Shown: piece by piece, positions 60,678 to 64,000 of the stretch
How the letters are laid out: each line of letters begins with the position of its first letter
How positions within the stretch are numbered: the stretch's first letter is position 1
Notes under the pieces: generated by a model
Told to the model about the DNA's origin: nothing
The model's input: only the letters and a program-made list of their open reading frames with translations
Database searches by the model: none
Assembly (NCBI GenBank): GCA_965240325.2
Contig: OZ251234.1
Location: 2,046,001-2,110,000, forward strand
Origin: Rebecca billardiae RCC1528
Lineage: Eukaryota > Protista > Haptophyta
Direction: 5' to 3'
Length of the DNA: 64,000 bases
Made by a program: the position numbers and the translations under genes

Positions 60678-63600
60678 GCGGCCGCGGCCGGCTCGGCGTG
60701 CGCGGCGGTGGACGCGGCGGCGGGGCCGACGAGGCGAGGGAGCGCGCGCAGCGCTTCGCGCAGCGCGCGCACCCCCGTCGGCGTGCTCGGCGTCGCGAGC
60801 GCGCCCAGCGCGCCGGCGAGCGCGCGCGCGCACCCCAGCTCCATCAGCCGGCGGCGCGGCCGCTCGGCGCGGCCACACAGCGCCGCGGCGCGCCACGCGC
60901 ATGCGTGCAGTGGCAGACGCGCCGCGCGCGCGGCGGGGGCGGCGCCCGGCGCGGACTCGGCATCGGACACCGCCGCGAGCAGCGTCGGCAGCAGCTCGGC
61001 CGAGGCGCCACGCGCCGCCTCGCCCCCGAGCCCCAGCTGCACCCCCGCCTCCGCGCCGCGCACGGCGTGCGCGCACAGCGCGGACGCGGCCGCGCACGCG
61101 CGCGCGCGCGTGCGCGGCGCGGCCACGGCGGGCGCGAGCGCGCGCAGCAGGCGCGCGCTGCACGCGGCGCGCGCGGCTGGCTCGGGGAGCGCGCCGACGC
61201 CGCCCTCCCCCGGGCGCAGCAGCGCGCACAGCACGTCGAGCGCACCCTCCGCCACCGGCGGAATGTCGACGGCCGCGGACGCCGCTGCCGGCTCGCGCGG
61301 GGGCGGCGCGGCAGCGGTGGTGGCGGCAGCGGTGGTGGCGGTGGCGTCTGCGGGCGCGTGCTGCGCGGCGCCCGCCCTCACCCCGAGCGCCGCACCCAGC
61401 CACGCAAAGACATCAGGCGCCTCGTGGAGGAGCAGCGCGCGCGACTGGCCCCACGTGGGCAGCGGAGGCGCTGTGTCACACCCGCCGCCGCCGCCGCCGT
61501 GCGCCGCTGCGCCGCTGCCGCCCTCCTCGGCGCATGGTGCCGCTGCAGCGCCGGTGCGCTGGGCGCTGAGCGCGGCGGCCACAGCGCGCAGCGCCGCCGC
61601 ACGCGCCGCCTCGCCGCCGGGCGGGATCGGCGGCAGCAGCGCGCTCGCCAGCTGCGCCGTCAGCCGCACGGCCGCACCCGCCGCCGCCAGCGACGGCTCG
61701 CGCGCGGTAGCGGCGGCGGCCGCGGGCGCAGCCGAAGCGCCGGCGGCCGGCGGCGCGTGCTCGCGCGCGGCGGGCTCGGTGCGGGCTGTCGGCTCACCCG
61801 GCGGCAGCGGCGGCGCCGCCGCAGGCAGCTCCGCACCCGGCAGCGGTCTGTCGGCTGGCTGTGCGATGGGCCAGAGTCCTGCTGTCCAGAGTCCTGCTGT
61901 CGGCGACGGCGGTGTGGCGGGCGGCGGCGGAGACGCGCGAGCAGCGCTCGGCGGCGTGGGCTCTGGCGCGGCCGCGGCGTGCGCGCCCTGAGGAGCGGCG
62001 CTCACCGGGGGCATCGGAGTGCCATCGGCCTCGGCTGCTGCCGCCCCAACCGGCACTGGCGAGTCCCGCCCCGCCGCATGCCCGCCTTGAGCAGGGCGGC
62101 GGCCATGCTGCCGCTGCGGCGGGTACCAGTTATGCAGCAGAAACATCAGACACCGGTGCTCGCGCTGGGCCTGCTCCCGCTGCTGGGGCGTGATCTGCTG
62201 CTGGCGCAGCTCCTCCTCCTCCCGATCCTGCCGCTCCAGCTCCCTCTCCCTCTCCCACCACTCCAGCCACTCCGGGTCCTCCCCCGCCTCCTGCTGCCCC
62301 TGCTGCTGCCCCTGCTGCCCCTGCTGCGGCTGCTGCGGCTGCGGCTGCTGCTGCTGCGGCTGCCCCTGCCCCTGCTGCTGCGGCTGCTGCGGCTGCTGCG
62401 GCTGCTGCTGCTGCGGCTGCTGCGGCTGCTGCGGCTGCGGCTGCGGCTGCGGCTCCGGCTGCGGCTCCGGCTGCCCCCGCTGCTGGCCCTGCCCCTGCTG
62501 GTATCCCTGCCCCTGCGGCTGCCGCTGCAGCGCACTGAGCAGGCTCAGCCAGTGCGCGCCCATCGCCGCCTCCGAGGCCGCGCGCGCCGTCTCGGCGGAT
62601 GCCGCGCCGCCGCGCACGCAGCTTGGCGGCAAGGGTGGGCGCGGCGTCGGAGCAGCCGCGGGTGGGCCGTCGCCGGGTGCGCCGGCGCCGCGGGGCGGCT
62701 CCGGCACGTCCGCGTCGGAGACGGACCACACCACACTCTCGGCCGCGCTCGAGCTGCTGCCCTGCTTCGTCAAGTCGATCACCTCAGCGGCGGCGGCGGT
62801 GGCGGCGGCGGCGGCGGCAGCGGCGGTGGCGGGCGCGAGCGCGGCCGCCGGGGTGGCCGCCGCGCCCTCTGCGGCTGGCGCGGCGTGCTTGCGCGGGCGA
62901 AGGCATACCCGGCGCTGAGGGAGGCCGGGCGGCTGCGCGGCCGCGTGCGCAGCCTTGCGCTTGCTCCCAACCGCCGCTGTCGCCTCCCCCGCTGCTGCGG
63001 GCGGCGTTGCAGTCGTTGCCGCGGCCGGCGCCGCGGGCGCTGCCGCCGCCGCCGCCGCTGCCGCGGGCGGCGCCGCGGGCCCTGCCGCCGCCGCGCCGCT
63101 GCCACCAGCACCGTCTTCCGCCTTGACCCGCGGCGGCGCCCTTTCCAGCGCCGCCCCGCCGCACGCCCCGCCCTCCGCCTCCGCCTCCGCCTCCGCCTCC
63201 GCCTCCTCAGACGTCCCGTCGAGGTCGACCACGCACCCGCCGCGCGGCGCGGGGCCTGCGCGCGCGCCCTCGGCCTCCGCGACGAGCTCGAGCTCGGCGG
63301 CGTCCTCGTCGTCGGCCGCGGCCGAGTGCGACGAGGCCAGCGGCACGCGCCAGCCCGGCACGTACGCCGTGTGCAGCCGGTTCACCAGAGCGTTGTGCGC
63401 CGCGTCCGCCTGGCTGCACAGAACCCACAGCTCAAGGCCGTCGCGCCGCTCGATCGCGCGCTCGAGCGCGGCGCGCAGCCGGCGCAGGTTGTGCGGGTTG
63501 CGCTCAAAGTCCTCGATGAGCGGGTGCACGACGCAGCCGAGCGAGCGCGCCTCGCGCGACGCCCCCGGCCGCGGGCAGATGTGCGTCGCGTGCCCGCAGC

Positions 63601-63787
63601 GCTCGTGCTCCGTGAAGAGGCATTCAAACAGGCTGAGCTCGTCGGGGCGCATCGCGTGGAGCGAGGGGCACGCGTCGCGGTTGCGCCGCTCGGTGGGGTT
63701 CTCCTGCCAGAGGGGCGGCGGGGGCGGGAGCTCGAGCAGCTCGCTGTCCCGTGGGCGCTTGAGCGCGTGCCGCGACGTGCTGAGCAT
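59591..63787 (-). CDS. Large Ala/Pro/Gln-rich hypothetical protein, possibly with an alpha-solenoid (ARM-like) C-terminal half
   Basis: 1398-codon ORF with an ATG in good context (GCCATG), a complex N-terminal domain, a polyQ/P tract, Leu/Ala helical repeats (LVRAGAL..L, AGVIDALV) and an acidic tract. Confidence 0.6.
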
Positions 63788-63883
63788 GGCCGCACGGCCA
63801 CGGCCGGCACGGCTCCGGCTGGTTTTCCCCCTCTATTTCTTTGGTTTTCCAGCCGAGAAGCCGGCACGCTGTCCGGTATTGTA

Positions 63884-64000
63884 CCTGCCTGAGCTGTGTG
63901 CCTCTCTTATTCTTAGTAAACTGTACATGCAGGCCAGCATGAGCGGCGGGGTGGCATCAGAGCCGGCCCCGGCCCGCAAACGCAAACAGCCGGACGCCCC
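63884..64000 (+). mobile_element. LINE 3' end fused to the start of a second truncated copy of the OTU-bearing LINE (runs off the window)
   Basis: 63884-63925 is the 3' terminus motif. 63924-64000 is the reverse complement of 56602-56678 with about 2 mismatches. Confidence 0.85.

Noticed and set aside
59459-63892. 1477-aa plus-strand ORF and similar Arg/Ala-rich antisense ORFs throughout the window
   Set aside because: They are shadows of GC-rich coding sequence on the opposite strand and contain no motifs.

Overview
Very GC-rich, gene-dense eukaryotic DNA with short GC-rich GT-AG introns. Signal-peptide-bearing plastid-type proteins suggest an alga with a complex plastid, possibly a Pavlovales-type haptophyte (inference only). 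About 20 host genes are supported: RMP1/NEPRO-like, a glycosyltransferase, ATAD1/Msp1, Bud32, a 2OG-Fe(II) oxygenase, a kelch protein, CEP76, a signal-peptide tandem ubiquitin-like precursor, NSE2, a cyclophilin, DUF1350, PH+GLTP, DUF2470+DUF1995, Med4-like, an alpha carbonic anhydrase, a TKL kinase, a Cys-less pentameric ligand-gated channel and an Ala-rich orphan. The main interest is the mobile DNA. (1) A 6.6-kb foldback element (583-bp TIRs, inverted 214-bp arrays, 7-bp TSD) sits in the NSE2/cyclophilin divergent promoter. (2) A non-autonomous element with TOC1/PAT-type split direct repeats is inserted in a (TA)n tract. (3) Nested in it is a young Copia with TG...TA LTRs and an integrase lacking the HHCC finger. 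(4) A CRE-type LINE is associated with (TA)n. (5) A second LINE carries a C-terminal OTU-like protease. (6) Several 27-70-bp repeats are scattered near start codons, some of them demonstrably LINE 3' ends. Coordinates were counted by eye and may be off by a few bases.
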